The notes: generated by a model from the letters alone, not told the origin. Counted from the first letter of the stretch, positions 52,016-62,116 are shown. The stretch: 64,000 bases of DNA from Promethearchaeati archaeon SRVP18_Atabeyarchaeia-1 (GCA_037308085.1 CP147779.1:928001-992000), one strand, 5' to 3'. Made by a program: numbers and translations.

Positions 52016-52893
52016 CTACATCTGCGCCGTCTTCAGAGCGTCCTTGCATTCACAGGCTCTATCCTTCGGAATTCTTGGTATCACGCTGAAAAGCAGCTTA
52101 TTCACATTCTCAATGTTCTGCTTCATGGATCTGACAACCTGCTCGGCTGTAACGGGTTTCAGACCATAAACATCAGTGTCGGTGGGCATCGCTATGTTTG
52201 CAAAACATATTTCTGCTTCTCTAGCAAGAGCGCACTCAGGGTAGGCCGTCAATGCGGGGCGGGCAGGCCCTACTTGCTTCACGCCTTTCCGACGACATCC
52301 CATCCCTGCCTCTTATAGAACAGCGACTCCGCCCTCGTGGAGAACCTTGGTCCCTCGATGCAAACATACTCGAATGAGTCATGATCCTTGGAGTTCTCCT
52401 TGGAGTGAATTTTCATGCCGAGTTTCACAGCCGTGTCCACAACGATCTTCCTCAGCTCCGGACAAAACGGCTCAGCAAAGGAAACATGCCCTACCAGCCC
52501 TCCATCGAAGAATGTTTGGTTCATTCGTGGCGCAGCCGTGAAACTTACTATCTGGTCACAGACAACGAATTCACCTGGTTTGATTCGCTCAGGCTGTAGG
52601 CTCCCAACTGCAGCCGGGCTTATTATTCTGGAGACTCCGAGAGCTTTCATAGCCCAGACGTTGGCCCTGAAGTTGATCTTGTGCGGCGGAATCCGATGAC
52701 CCCTTTGGTGGCGAACCAAGAACGCCACTTTCCTTTCTCCAACGTAACCTACTATGACGTTGTCGCTTGTCGCTCCGTAGGGTGTGTAGACTTTGAGTTC
52801 TTTTGCTTCCTTTATTATCTTTGGGTCGTAGTTGCCCGAACCTGCAAAAACCCCGATTTCTGCAGTTTCACCTGGATCTATTAAACCAATCAT
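52016..52893 (-). CDS. mtnP: 5'-methylthioadenosine phosphorylase, two exons (52893-52287 and 52251-52016; 280 aa spliced)
   Basis: GSG, TPYG, RH...H..PP, AVGSL, EGPRFST.AES, then VVG|MTAYPE..LARE and TD.D after removing 35 nt. Confidence 0.85.
52252..52286 (-). other. Putative 35-nt archaeal (BHB/BHL) mRNA intron in mtnP
   Basis: Contains an in-frame stop and shifts the frame; excision GGA A|TG ACG restores GMT; AAA bulge, CGG/CCG helix, GGCG/CGCC intron stem, about 13-bp exon-exon stem. Confidence 0.75.
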
Positions 52894-53131
52894 ACGGATT
52901 CTCTCTCCATTTTGACGTTACGCGCATACATACAGACTTTTTCAATCCAAAAAATAGCCACATCTGAATGTGAAAGGTACCGAATATTTAATGCTATCGC
53001 CATGGTCGGACTTCTAACGAAGCTGTAGAAAGACTCTACAATCAGAGAAGGAGTTGTTCGATTTCGTCTACTTTGCAGAATTTGCTTTTTGTTTTGGCAA
53101 ACACTTGGCTCACTGCAGATACGAAATGGTT

Positions 53132-55124
53132 TTAGTTAGTGGTTGCCATCGTCCCCGCATCAAGTCGGTTTTTCTGCTCATCTGGTAGTGTATGGGTTAC
53201 GTCAATGCATCTCGGGAGCTTTACTAAGCCGCGATGGGGGCCAAGGTGATCCTTCGTCGCCGAAGGCTTGTCTTAGCCACTCTCGTTTCATCTCCTTTGA
53301 TCCCTGCAGTATGAATGTAGGTGTGTCTGGGTTCTGCTTAACGACTTCGCCAGTTATTTCCCCTGACCTTCGCAGTGTGTGTCCAATGATTTCAGTTGAT
53401 GTGCGCACATTCGCAGCTCTGCCATCATCATATTCTCTATTGAGTATGTTTACTCTGCCGAAAATGTTCGTTAATGATTCCACGATCCTGATTCTTTGTT
53501 CTGTATCATTGTTCACATAGGCGAATATTGGTCCTCTGCCTTGAGATTCGGAGAGTGAACCGTCTGAGAATCCTGCTGCTACCAGTCTCGCTCCGTCGAA
53601 GGTATCCAGTCTAAAGGGGAGTTTCGGGTTCTCAACCGCTCTTTGATGTCCTATTGCTTTGATGGAGCTGTTAAGCTCGTTGAGATTTCTGTCGAGGTAT
53701 GTCAGGATTGGAATTAGTTTATCAACCCTCATACTGTCCAGTCGATCATTTAGCTGCTCTCTCAGGTAATTGTTGCACAAGTGTGTTCCTCTCTCTTCTA
53801 ACTCTTGGACGAGTGCGGTTTTTCCCCCTGCCTTATCTATTGCAGCCATAAGTAATTCATGTTTGTACTCTTTGTCAAGAAATACTTCAACAGTTGGTGG
53901 TAGTGCGTACCATGGTGTTTCGTAGGGTGGGCTTATCCTTTCTTCTCTTGGTATGTGGAGGAATTCTTCTCCCTGACTTGTTTTGTATCTGTAGAGGTCT
54001 AAGTCTCCTATCCGCTCCTTCTCTATTGTTGTGATTTTGTAGTTCTGGTTTTCATCGGTTATTGTGAATCCGTCTCCTTCATTGAGCTTCAACGTAGTCT
54101 TGTCCCGTGGCTTTTCTCGTACGCTTGCTTTCTCCTTTGGCGGTTCTGGTGATAGGACTATGCTGTCAGTTTTCACCCTCAATTTATCGGGTTCTTCTTC
54201 TCCTCTTCTCGTCAGTAGTTCGGCTGTGATGCTCTTGCCGAGGCCTATTGCTCCCTCTTCAATTCTTCCCGTTGCGAGTCTTTCTCCTCTATCTGTCTGG
54301 ATAACCATCTTCGCATGGTTGCCGTCTCTTGCGTTGAGCCCGAGTTCTCCAAGTATGCCGTGGACTTGTATCTTCATCTCGCCGTTGGTCGTGGTCGGTG
54401 TGATTAGGATGCATTGCTTCCAAGGTGGGTCCTCAGGTTTCCTCACATTTAGAACCTTAACATTTAGTTTGTCTCCTACCTTGATGTCCATGCATTCAAC
54501 GTATGCTTTCATGATGTTTGCTCTTGTTCCCTTTCCCAATGTTAGCCCAGCGATGGCTTGAACCCCCTGCTTCTCGAGCAGTGCCATCATTATGTCCCCG
54601 CGGTGGAACTCCACGTTTGCCATAGGGTTGAGCTTCAAGTAGTATGTCTGCCGGGCTTGGCTGTAATTCACTGTTGCGCCGGGGTTTAGGGTGCTCTTAG
54701 TAAACGCATCTAAACTGTAGACTGCTCCCTTCCACTTTACGGCTATGTCTTGGTCTTCTGGTGATTGAAGGTCTCTCAATGCTTCCCCTAAGTCCTTCCC
54801 AGCCATGCCTGATAGTCTTTGTAGATCCTCTAAGGTGATGTGTATTCTGTTGCTTTCCCAGCAGGTTACCTCGCTTTGAACGTATCTAAGCTCATCAGCA
54901 AGCTCGCGTCGGTTGAGGCCCATTTCTGTGCGCCACTGTCTAACTAATTCGCCTGCACCAACCACCCTAGCATCCTGAACTCTTATCTTGTTCAGTTCGG
55001 TTGCATCGGTTGCTTGTTCTCGCGCCGTTCTGTCGGGGTCATTGAGGCGCCTTATGTTAGTTCTTGAAGAAGCATCGCCTCCGCCTCTGGCAACGCTGCT
55101 CCTAAACTCGACATGGCGGGTCAT
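53132..55124 (-). pseudogene. XRE-HTH + repeats + LAGLIDADG-like protein, frameshifted near the 3' end
   Basis: HTH (LVRQWR...LNRRELA...WES), LAGLIDADG-like ARLVAAGFSDGS and WLRQAFGDEGS; a protein-like frame continues after the 5-G run at 53236-53240. Confidence 0.6.
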
Positions 55125-55450
55125 TCTGCCCGCGATATTGGAATCCTCCCGTCTGGTGATGAGTATGTCGTTTCTCGTTATTCACCAGCAGCGTCAGCAG
55201 GCGATCCCATTTAAAGCTCAATAATACGGTTGGTCAGAGGGTTCCTGCTTGCCTTCCGAGGATGTTACTCAAATCGAGTGGAGTCTCTCAGGTAGCTCGT
55301 TGGCAAAGAGTCGCTTGATTTCCAACTCTCACCGTTCCAGTCATGCAGGTTCTCTTCACTCCTGTCTTCCCAAGTTCTCTCTCCGCCGCGGCATCGGCGC
55401 TCTTCCATTCGTTCTTCCTTCCCATAAGTCAAAGCTTCACCGATAGTTCC

Positions 55451-56044
55451 CTATTCTGGCAGCGTGGCCCCAGTCTGAGATTTGTGAATAGTTCTTGCCA
55501 ACAGCCTAGCCAACCTGAGCGGCTCCGGAACGCCGCCCTCAAGTGTGAAACTATCTAGTACCCTTACGGCCTCGTCAAATTCGATTCCCAGTTCGCGTAT
55601 GAAAACTCGGTACCCTGTCCTAAGCTCTGCTGCATTCCTGGTGCAATTCCTGTTGAAAGTACTTAGGCGCTTCTCCCAGTCCTGTGGAAAGTACTCTTTG
55701 AAGTACTTCTCTAAACCCTCGGATTCCTCGTAGGTTACGCAGATCAGTGGTAGATGCACTTCTTCGCTGACTCTGGCCAGATCCAGGACGTTGAACCACG
55801 CTATCACGCACCCGGCGATCATAATGAGGTTGACATCGGTTCTCTCCAGAGACTTGTATAGCTGCAGTACACCCTCGGTCGCATCCATTCCACCCACCGT
55901 GATGCCTGTTACTGCGAACCCATCGATCACGAGATCTTTTCTCATGACGATCCCGGCGAGGACAGATCTGCCCCCTTCTCCTTTGGAGAAACTCTCGGCT
56001 ATCCCCAAAACCCGCATGCCTTTCTTGAATGGATGCAGACGCAA
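55451..56044 (-). CDS. DUF99 family protein (endonuclease V-like fold)
   Basis: RVLGIAESF, DG......VGG.DAT, G..IAWFN.LD, PEPLR.A. Confidence 0.85.
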   Translation of the reverse strand: MRLHPFKKGMRVLGIAESFSKGEGGRSVLAGIVMRKDLVIDGFAVTGITVGGMDATEGVLQLYKSLERTDVNLIMIAGCVIAWFNVLDLARVSEEVHLPLICVTYEESEGLEKYFKEYFPQDWEKRLSTFNRNCTRNAAELRTGYRVFIRELGIEFDEAVRVLDSFTLEGGVPEPLRLARLLARTIHKSQTGATLPE

Positions 56045-56258
56045 CAAGCAAGCACCTCCAGACCGAAGCAGAGTACGGTGTTCCACTTCCACTCGAATTG
56101 ATGCCAATCAGAGAATTGACTTCCTCAACTATTGAATTATTCGGTAAGCGACCAACGACGATTCCCAGGCGACTCCCCGTCTCGAGTGGAAGCATACATT
56201 TATATTTTGAGACCTACATTCAAGTAGATAGGGATAGTGGGCGGAAGGCGGTCTAACT

Positions 56259-56819
56259 TTGGCAATCCGCGGCATCGATGAAGGCAAACTAGATAGACTG
56301 AGGAGTCTGCTTCAGAACCTTCCTCAACTTGGAATACGGTTCTACTTAGTGGGAACCAAGGAAGGACTTAGCGTGGTCAGTGATAGTACTGGTAACATGC
56401 CCGATCCAGATCTTCTCTCTGCAGCTACCGCAACTATGCTATCCACCGGAGACTTTCTGAGCGACAAATACAAAGAAGGCGTGACAAGAGAGATAATGGT
56501 TCGAGTGGAGCGCGGCTATATTCTGCTTTTCAGAGTTGGCGCCAACCACAACCTCGCTGCCGTGGTCGGGGATGTGACTAACCTTGACTACTACTTGGAT
56601 ATACTCAGAAAGTATAGCAAGGCAGTGGAAGAGGTTGTAATTCCTGGCGAAGAAGTGAGGGAAGCAGAGGAGATGTTGAGAAGGGAACTCGAAATGATCG
56701 GCGTCTCCGCTGAAGGCAGAGCGCGCTCAGAGAAACCAGCCAGCGCCGAAGCGATGGATGATAAGCCCTCGTCGCCGACGAAGACAGGCAAGAAGAAGCG
56801 TGCCAAGGAAAGCCCATGA
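56259..56819 (+). CDS. Roadblock/LC7-domain protein with charged tail
   Basis: LVGTKEGL.V.S......D.LSAATA......EIMVR.E.GYILL. Confidence 0.75.
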   Translation: MAIRGIDEGKLDRLRSLLQNLPQLGIRFYLVGTKEGLSVVSDSTGNMPDPDLLSAATATMLSTGDFLSDKYKEGVTREIMVRVERGYILLFRVGANHNLAAVVGDVTNLDYYLDILRKYSKAVEEVVIPGEEVREAEEMLRRELEMIGVSAEGRARSEKPASAEAMDDKPSSPTKTGKKKRAKESP

Positions 56820-56993
56820 CCATATTGGCACGTTCTTGGCTGATTCCTGCTCTCGATTGCCGATTCGATGCGTATTATTGTTTTCTAGGCAAGACTGGTT
56901 TTGCGATTCTTCTCGCAGGTTAGTCCAGGGAATCTGCGTGGAGTTATTTAATGCTCGAATGATTCACTGACTAGTGTGGCAGCCGAAGAAGAA

Positions 56994-57067
56994 GAAGGAT
57001 TGCGGTGACAGTGGGGAACTGAGGATGTGCCCCGAGTGTCCTCTGCATAATACCTTCGCAATCTTTT
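56994..57067 (+). ncRNA. Candidate structured RNA (three-way junction with kissing loops) upstream of top6B
   Basis: P1 GAAGGATTGCG/CGCAATCTTTT, P2 CAGT-GGGGA-ACTG, P3 AGGATG..CCCC..TGTCCT. Confidence 0.35.
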
Positions 57068-57139
57068 CGTGCGATTATCGCAAGTCTATAGAAATCTTAT
57101 TAGATGTGTGGTAAAATACTACTCGTGGTGAGTGTTACT

Positions 57140-58843
57140 GTGGTTACATCGCCTGCGGATCAGATTACGGAGCTCAGTCCTTCTGAGTGGTTCATTAGAA
57201 ACAGGAATATCGCGGGTTTTGACAACGCGGCTAGGGCACTTTACACTGCGCTTCGCGAGCTAGTGGAGAACGGGCTTGACGCCTGTGAGGCATCCAAGAC
57301 GTTACCGGAAGTGCAAGTTTCAATAAGAAGAGAGCAGCAGGATAAGAAAGACCCAACAGTATATGTGATACGTGTCGAGGATCATGGGGTTGGCGTCGCG
57401 CCTGACTCTGTCCCAACACTGTTTGGAAAGATCCTCACTGGGACGAAAATGTCCTTGAAGCAACACAGGGGGCACTTTGGACTTGGGGGGAAAATGGCTT
57501 TCCTATACGCTCAAGTCACCACTCAGTCTCCAATTAAGGTGATTACCTGCCGCATGAATTCTCACAAAGTCGCCACGTTCATGCTCAAGATAAACATCCA
57601 GAAGAATGAGCCTTCAATAATAGAGAGAAAGATAATTCCCGTTGCCAAGTTCATGGAGTCCCTAAAGAAACAAGAGGCTAGGACTGCTGACCAGAGCAAG
57701 GAGAAGAAGCCTCCCCGGAAACCGTCAAAGAAGGATGAAACTTGGCACGGTACCATAATTGAGTTATCACTAATGGGTGATTGGCAAAGGAGCAAATCGA
57801 AGATCCTCGAATACTTCAAGAGAACTGCGATAATCGTTCCCTATGCTAACCTTACGCTTGAAACCCCAGACCTTGAGACCTACCATTACAGTCGTGCGAC
57901 GGAATCCCTTCCCGAGCCGCCAATCGAGATCCTTCCTCATCCCCACGGGGTTGATACCGAGACCCTAGCACGTATGATCCTGATCTCGAAATCGAGCACA
58001 CTCAGTGACTTCCTGCTCGAAAACTTCCATAGAGTTGGGGAGAAGACTGCGGAGGATTTCCTGAAATTCGCCGAATTGAATGGCAAGAAGAATCCAAGGA
58101 AACTCAGCAGGGACGAGATCGTCAAGCTGATGGAGAGCATGGAGAAGTATGACAAGTTCCTTCCCCCTGATCCAAGATGCCTGAGCCCTATAGGTGAGGA
58201 AATACTAATAACGGGAATCAAGAAGGAACTTTCACCTGCCTTCGTAACTGCAGTAAGCAGATCCCCTTCGGTCTACGGTGGGCATGCATTCATCGTTGAG
58301 GTCGCGCTTGCCTACGGAGGGCAGATAGCGAATGGCATAAACCTTTACCGATTCTCCAACCGGATTCCTCTGCTATATGATGAAGGTAGCGACGTGACCT
58401 CGAAGGTCTCTAGGGAACTTGATTGGAGGAGGTATCACATTTCTCAGGAAATGCCGATAGCAATTTTCATCCACCTTGCGTCGACAAAAATCCCATACAA
58501 GACAGTTGGAAAAGAGTACATCGCTGAGGTTGATGAGATCAAGCGAGAAATAGACCTTGGGCTAAAAGAGTGCGCGAGACGCCTCTCGATATGGCTAAGT
58601 AAGAGGGAGCGCTCCGAATACGTGGCGAAAAGGTTGACAATGCTGAGGGACTTCTACGCTTTCATTGCCTCCACTCTAGAGAGATCCCTTTCCCGAAAAG
58701 TTGAGATCGAGAAACTCTTCAACAACAATAACCACGACAAGTCCAGGGTAGCCGAAACAAAGCGAGAAGAAGGAGGCGAATCCCTTGTCAACGGACAAAC
58801 CGTCATCGAAAAAGTTGCAGCAGACGAAAAAGGAGAAGCGTAA
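57140..58843 (+). CDS. top6B: DNA topoisomerase VI subunit B
   Basis: RELVEN.LDA, ED.G.G, RG.FGLG, WHGT, PHP.GVD, RF.NRIPL, K. Confidence 0.93.
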   Translation: MVTSPADQITELSPSEWFIRNRNIAGFDNAARALYTALRELVENGLDACEASKTLPEVQVSIRREQQDKKDPTVYVIRVEDHGVGVAPDSVPTLFGKILTGTKMSLKQHRGHFGLGGKMAFLYAQVTTQSPIKVITCRMNSHKVATFMLKINIQKNEPSIIERKIIPVAKFMESLKKQEARTADQSKEKKPPRKPSKKDETWHGTIIELSLMGDWQRSKSKILEYFKRTAIIVPYANLTLETPDLETYHYSRATESLPEPPIEILPHPHGVDTETLARMILISKSSTLSDFLLENFHRVGEKTAEDFLKFAELNGKKNPRKLSRDEIVKLMESMEKYDKFLPPDPRCLSPIGEEILITGIKKELSPAFVTAVSRSPSVYGGHAFIVEVALAYGGQIANGINLYRFSNRIPLLYDEGSDVTSKVSRELDWRRYHISQEMPIAIFIHLASTKIPYKTVGKEYIAEVDEIKREIDLGLKECARRLSIWLSKRERSEYVAKRLTMLRDFYAFIASTLERSLSRKVEIEKLFNNNNHDKSRVAETKREEGGESLVNGQTVIEKVAADEKGEA

Positions 58844-59987
58844 ATCAGGACAAGAATTGACCTCATTCAGCATGAAGACTATGGACACGCTGATTGAAGG
58901 GGCTCTCGCCAAGATCGCCGATCAGATTGACAGAGGCATTTTTCCAGCCATAGAGTATTTCGGAGCTTCAAAGAAGAACGTTCAATTCAACAAGGAACGC
59001 GGCTATGTATCAGTTGACAACGTAAGCTCGGAAATTGACGGCAGCCTTGTTGCAAGTGCGAAAACGCTATCCATGGTGACTTATGGATTAGCAAGATTCA
59101 AAGAACACATAGACAATAATATGTCGATGAGCCTGAGGGACTTCTACTATCTCTTCAAGGTGAAGGAGATTATTGACCTACTGAAGATAGAGGATCAGCA
59201 CGAGACTGATTCAATCATCAACTTGTCGGAACGTATCATAAGGCATGGAGGACAGTCTGTTCCAAGAGAGGAGTTCGGGGTAGTATCGTCTCCGAAGGGC
59301 ACGTTCTATGGAGACATCGCGATAACAGACTCAAGCGGCAAACGAGTCAGGTGCTCAGAAGTCGGAGAGTGGGGTTACTTCATAAGCAGTCGCCCCTTCG
59401 ACATCGCAATCCACGAGATCAATATAAAGGCCGCCGTATTCGTGGAGAAAGAAGCTTTTGCTAGAACTCTCATTGAGCTTAGAATACCGGAGCTACTGAA
59501 GATAGGTGTTGGCGCTCTGTTTGGGCAACCAGGCAGGAATATGCGCGGCTGGATCAGGCGACTAGCAGACGAAGGTGTTCCGATCCTAGGCATGGTGGAT
59601 CTGTCGCCATGGAGTATTCGAATATTCTCAACAATTAGGAATAATAGCATAGAGCTCTCCAATATCCGGGGACTTGCAACACCTGAGGCCAAGTTAATTG
59701 GTCTACATACATCCGATTTCTTTGGGCAGAACGCGCCGCTGAAAGGGATAATCCATGCGCTTGAGGACTTGGATGAACAAGACACGAAGTGCGCAATCCA
59801 GAACCGAGAGGTACCCGCCATAAGTGAAGACGAGTTCCTCAACAAGGAGAATGAGACTATCTTGGAAAAGAAGAAGAAGGGCGAACTTGAATCTTTCAAA
59901 GCATTCGGAGTGTCGTTGAAGGCCCTAAAGAAGAAGTATATTGACTATATTACTCAGAAGATTCAGAACGCTGGCGTGAAACTATAG
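58785..59987 (+). CDS. top6A: DNA topoisomerase VI subunit A (Spo11 homologue), divergent
   Basis: LRDFYY catalytic Tyr, VEK, GQP, DLSPWS, KGELE; overlaps top6B. Confidence 0.85.
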   Translation: MSTDKPSSKKLQQTKKEKRKSGQELTSFSMKTMDTLIEGALAKIADQIDRGIFPAIEYFGASKKNVQFNKERGYVSVDNVSSEIDGSLVASAKTLSMVTYGLARFKEHIDNNMSMSLRDFYYLFKVKEIIDLLKIEDQHETDSIINLSERIIRHGGQSVPREEFGVVSSPKGTFYGDIAITDSSGKRVRCSEVGEWGYFISSRPFDIAIHEINIKAAVFVEKEAFARTLIELRIPELLKIGVGALFGQPGRNMRGWIRRLADEGVPILGMVDLSPWSIRIFSTIRNNSIELSNIRGLATPEAKLIGLHTSDFFGQNAPLKGIIHALEDLDEQDTKCAIQNREVPAISEDEFLNKENETILEKKKKGELESFKAFGVSLKALKKKYIDYITQKIQNAGVKL

Positions 59988-60101
59988 TTGACTTCATGCG
60001 TGTCAACATCTAGCAGGACTTCCTTTATTCGGGGTTTGCGTTAGGAATTCCTGACACTCTTATTGTCGCGCGAGTGGCTTGCTGGCTAGCCAAAAAGGTG
60101 G

Positions 60102-60701
60102 TTGCTGAGGGTTCGTAACTTGGGTGTTGTACTGATTTCGGGAACGCCTGGCACAGGGAAGACCACGCTTGCCTCGGGACTTGCCAGGAGACTAGGTTAT
60201 GAGTTCATAGACATTGGCAAGCTTGCAGAAGCTGAGCACATCTATCTGAGAATCGACGCTCGGAGAAATACGAAGATCATAGACGAGAAAAGACTAGCGA
60301 AACGCCTTGAAAAAGAGGTAAGGGCGACACACGGGAACATCGTTATGGCAAGCCATTACGCGGAGATAGTCAACCCCAAGCTGGTCGATAAGGTAATAGT
60401 CTTAAGAACCCGCCCGGAGGAACTGAGGCGGAGACTTCTCCAGCGCGGATGGAGTGTCTCCAAGATCGGCGAAAACTTGGAAGCGGAGATTGTGGGCGTA
60501 TGTTCAAGCAACGCTCTATCAAGATTCGGGAGTCATAGGACCTACGAGATCGACACGACAAGGCTCCAGCCAGATCAGGTTCTCAGAATAGCACTGGAGA
60601 TCTTCGAATCCAAAGACGAATCTCACACTGCTGGGTCAATAGATTGGTTGGCAGAGCTGGAAAAGGAGGACAAGCTCGGAATGTACATGCGCGAAGGATA
60701 G
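60102..60701 (+). CDS. Adenylate kinase AK6/Fap7 family
   Basis: SGTPGTGKTT, ASH, RGW...KI.ENLEAE. Confidence 0.88.
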   Translation: MLRVRNLGVVLISGTPGTGKTTLASGLARRLGYEFIDIGKLAEAEHIYLRIDARRNTKIIDEKRLAKRLEKEVRATHGNIVMASHYAEIVNPKLVDKVIVLRTRPEELRRRLLQRGWSVSKIGENLEAEIVGVCSSNALSRFGSHRTYEIDTTRLQPDQVLRIALEIFESKDESHTAGSIDWLAELEKEDKLGMYMREG

Positions 60702-60735
60702 AAGAGGATTATCGCCACAGGCAGGGTGGTCCGAG

Positions 60736-61833
60736 CTAACGCTTAGCTTTTCGCGTCTCCTCCGCTACTTTGCTTAGATTCTCGAGTCTCTTGTACACCG
60801 GTGGGTGCGTGGAGAAGAGTTGGTTCAAGCTCAGGAAGCTGTTCTTTCTTCTCCCGGTTTCCATGGCGGTGGCTATCTCTTTGTCCGTCAACATTCCATG
60901 GTCTCTGAGTTGTCGAACCTCATTCTGTGAATTCACCGGGTCAGCTATGAAAAAGGCACGTAGGCCCGACGCTTCGCCTTTGCTCTGCGTCAGTTTCGTC
61001 GATATCTTGATCAAGGCACTCTGAAGGCTCTTGGGATCCTTAGTTGTGACAGCGGAGTACCTGTCAGCCATGAACTCCCGGGTTCTACTCACGGCTCTCA
61101 CTATCATCATGAAGATGAAATAGACGAACAGCGAGAGAATACCAGCTGCCAGAATCAATGTCCCCGCATTGTTGTTCTTAGAGTTCTGCTGTCCACCGCC
61201 ATAGTATGCTGACATGAACGCCACTCTTGACACCATGAAAGCAAGGAGTGGTAGGGCGCTTAGAATAGTTATCATTATGTAGTCCTTGTGCTTCACGTGT
61301 CCAAGCTCGTGCCCTATTACACCTCGAGTCTCTTCCTCGCTAAGCGTCGTGAGTAATCCTTCAGTGACTGCCAATGTTGCGCCTTTTGCCGTCCTGCCAA
61401 AAGTAAATGCGTTGGGTTCCTTCATGGGGCTTACAGCTATTTTTGGATTAGGAAGGTTGCTCTTCTCCGCCAGCTCCTTGACAGTTGATTCTAGCCATGG
61501 GTTGTCGCCAGGCTTTAGGTACTTCAGCTTCATAACCCTTCCTACGATACTAGGACCCGTGAGATACTGTATCAGCACAAATATGATTGTGATTATGAAT
61601 GGGTAGAAGAGCGGTCCCATTATCGCGTTAACGAAGAGGACAAGCACATTATTCAGGGGCACGCCTATGAACGGTATCGAACGAATAAGTGGAACATGCG
61701 AAATTGTCAGTATCTGGGCACTCGGCAAATACCCCTGCAGCAGATAAGTTATTCCCCACACGAAGAGGAAGAAAACTATCGAGGACAATAGGAAAGCAAT
61801 GAACATTCTCAACTTTAATCTAATATATGCCAA
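60736..61833 (-). CDS. htpX: Zinc metalloprotease HtpX (M48)
   Basis: PNAF.FG, HELGH, SR.REF.AD, FSTHPP..KR. Confidence 0.92.
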   Translation of the reverse strand: MAYIRLKLRMFIAFLLSSIVFFLFVWGITYLLQGYLPSAQILTISHVPLIRSIPFIGVPLNNVLVLFVNAIMGPLFYPFIITIIFVLIQYLTGPSIVGRVMKLKYLKPGDNPWLESTVKELAEKSNLPNPKIAVSPMKEPNAFTFGRTAKGATLAVTEGLLTTLSEEETRGVIGHELGHVKHKDYIMITILSALPLLAFMVSRVAFMSAYYGGGQQNSKNNNAGTLILAAGILSLFVYFIFMMIVRAVSRTREFMADRYSAVTTKDPKSLQSALIKISTKLTQSKGEASGLRAFFIADPVNSQNEVRQLRDHGMLTDKEIATAMETGRRKNSFLSLNQLFSTHPPVYKRLENLSKVAEETRKAKR

Positions 61834-62116
61834 CGCTTACTCCTCCTTCTCAATGAGCAAAGGTTCAGGCGGTATTAAATCTTTTTATGCTAACATTCGT
61901 GATCCCTCACAACATTAAAATAATCAAGTTAAGCCTTTAATGCTGCCTACAGTTAGGAGAGAAAGCCGTAGTCCGTGAAGCAAGTAGCGCCGGCGGGTAA
62001 GTCGCAAAGTGTGTTTTTCACACGGTGCACCTATGAAGAAGACCAAATGAATCGTCCTCACATGCGTGTAATTGAATTCGAGCCGTTTTCAAATCTAGCC
62101 CTCGAGGTGGTAGTCG

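Noticed and set aside
52016-52303. Separate 95-aa gene, or a simple frameshift/pseudogene of mtnP
   Set aside because: Its N-terminus is spurious; a clean 35-nt structured insert explains the split better than a 1-nt slip
52380-52410. Second possible intron in mtnP (HSKENSKDHDSF insertion)
   Set aside because: In frame, explained by a short tandem duplication (ACTCCAAGGA x2); no BHB found
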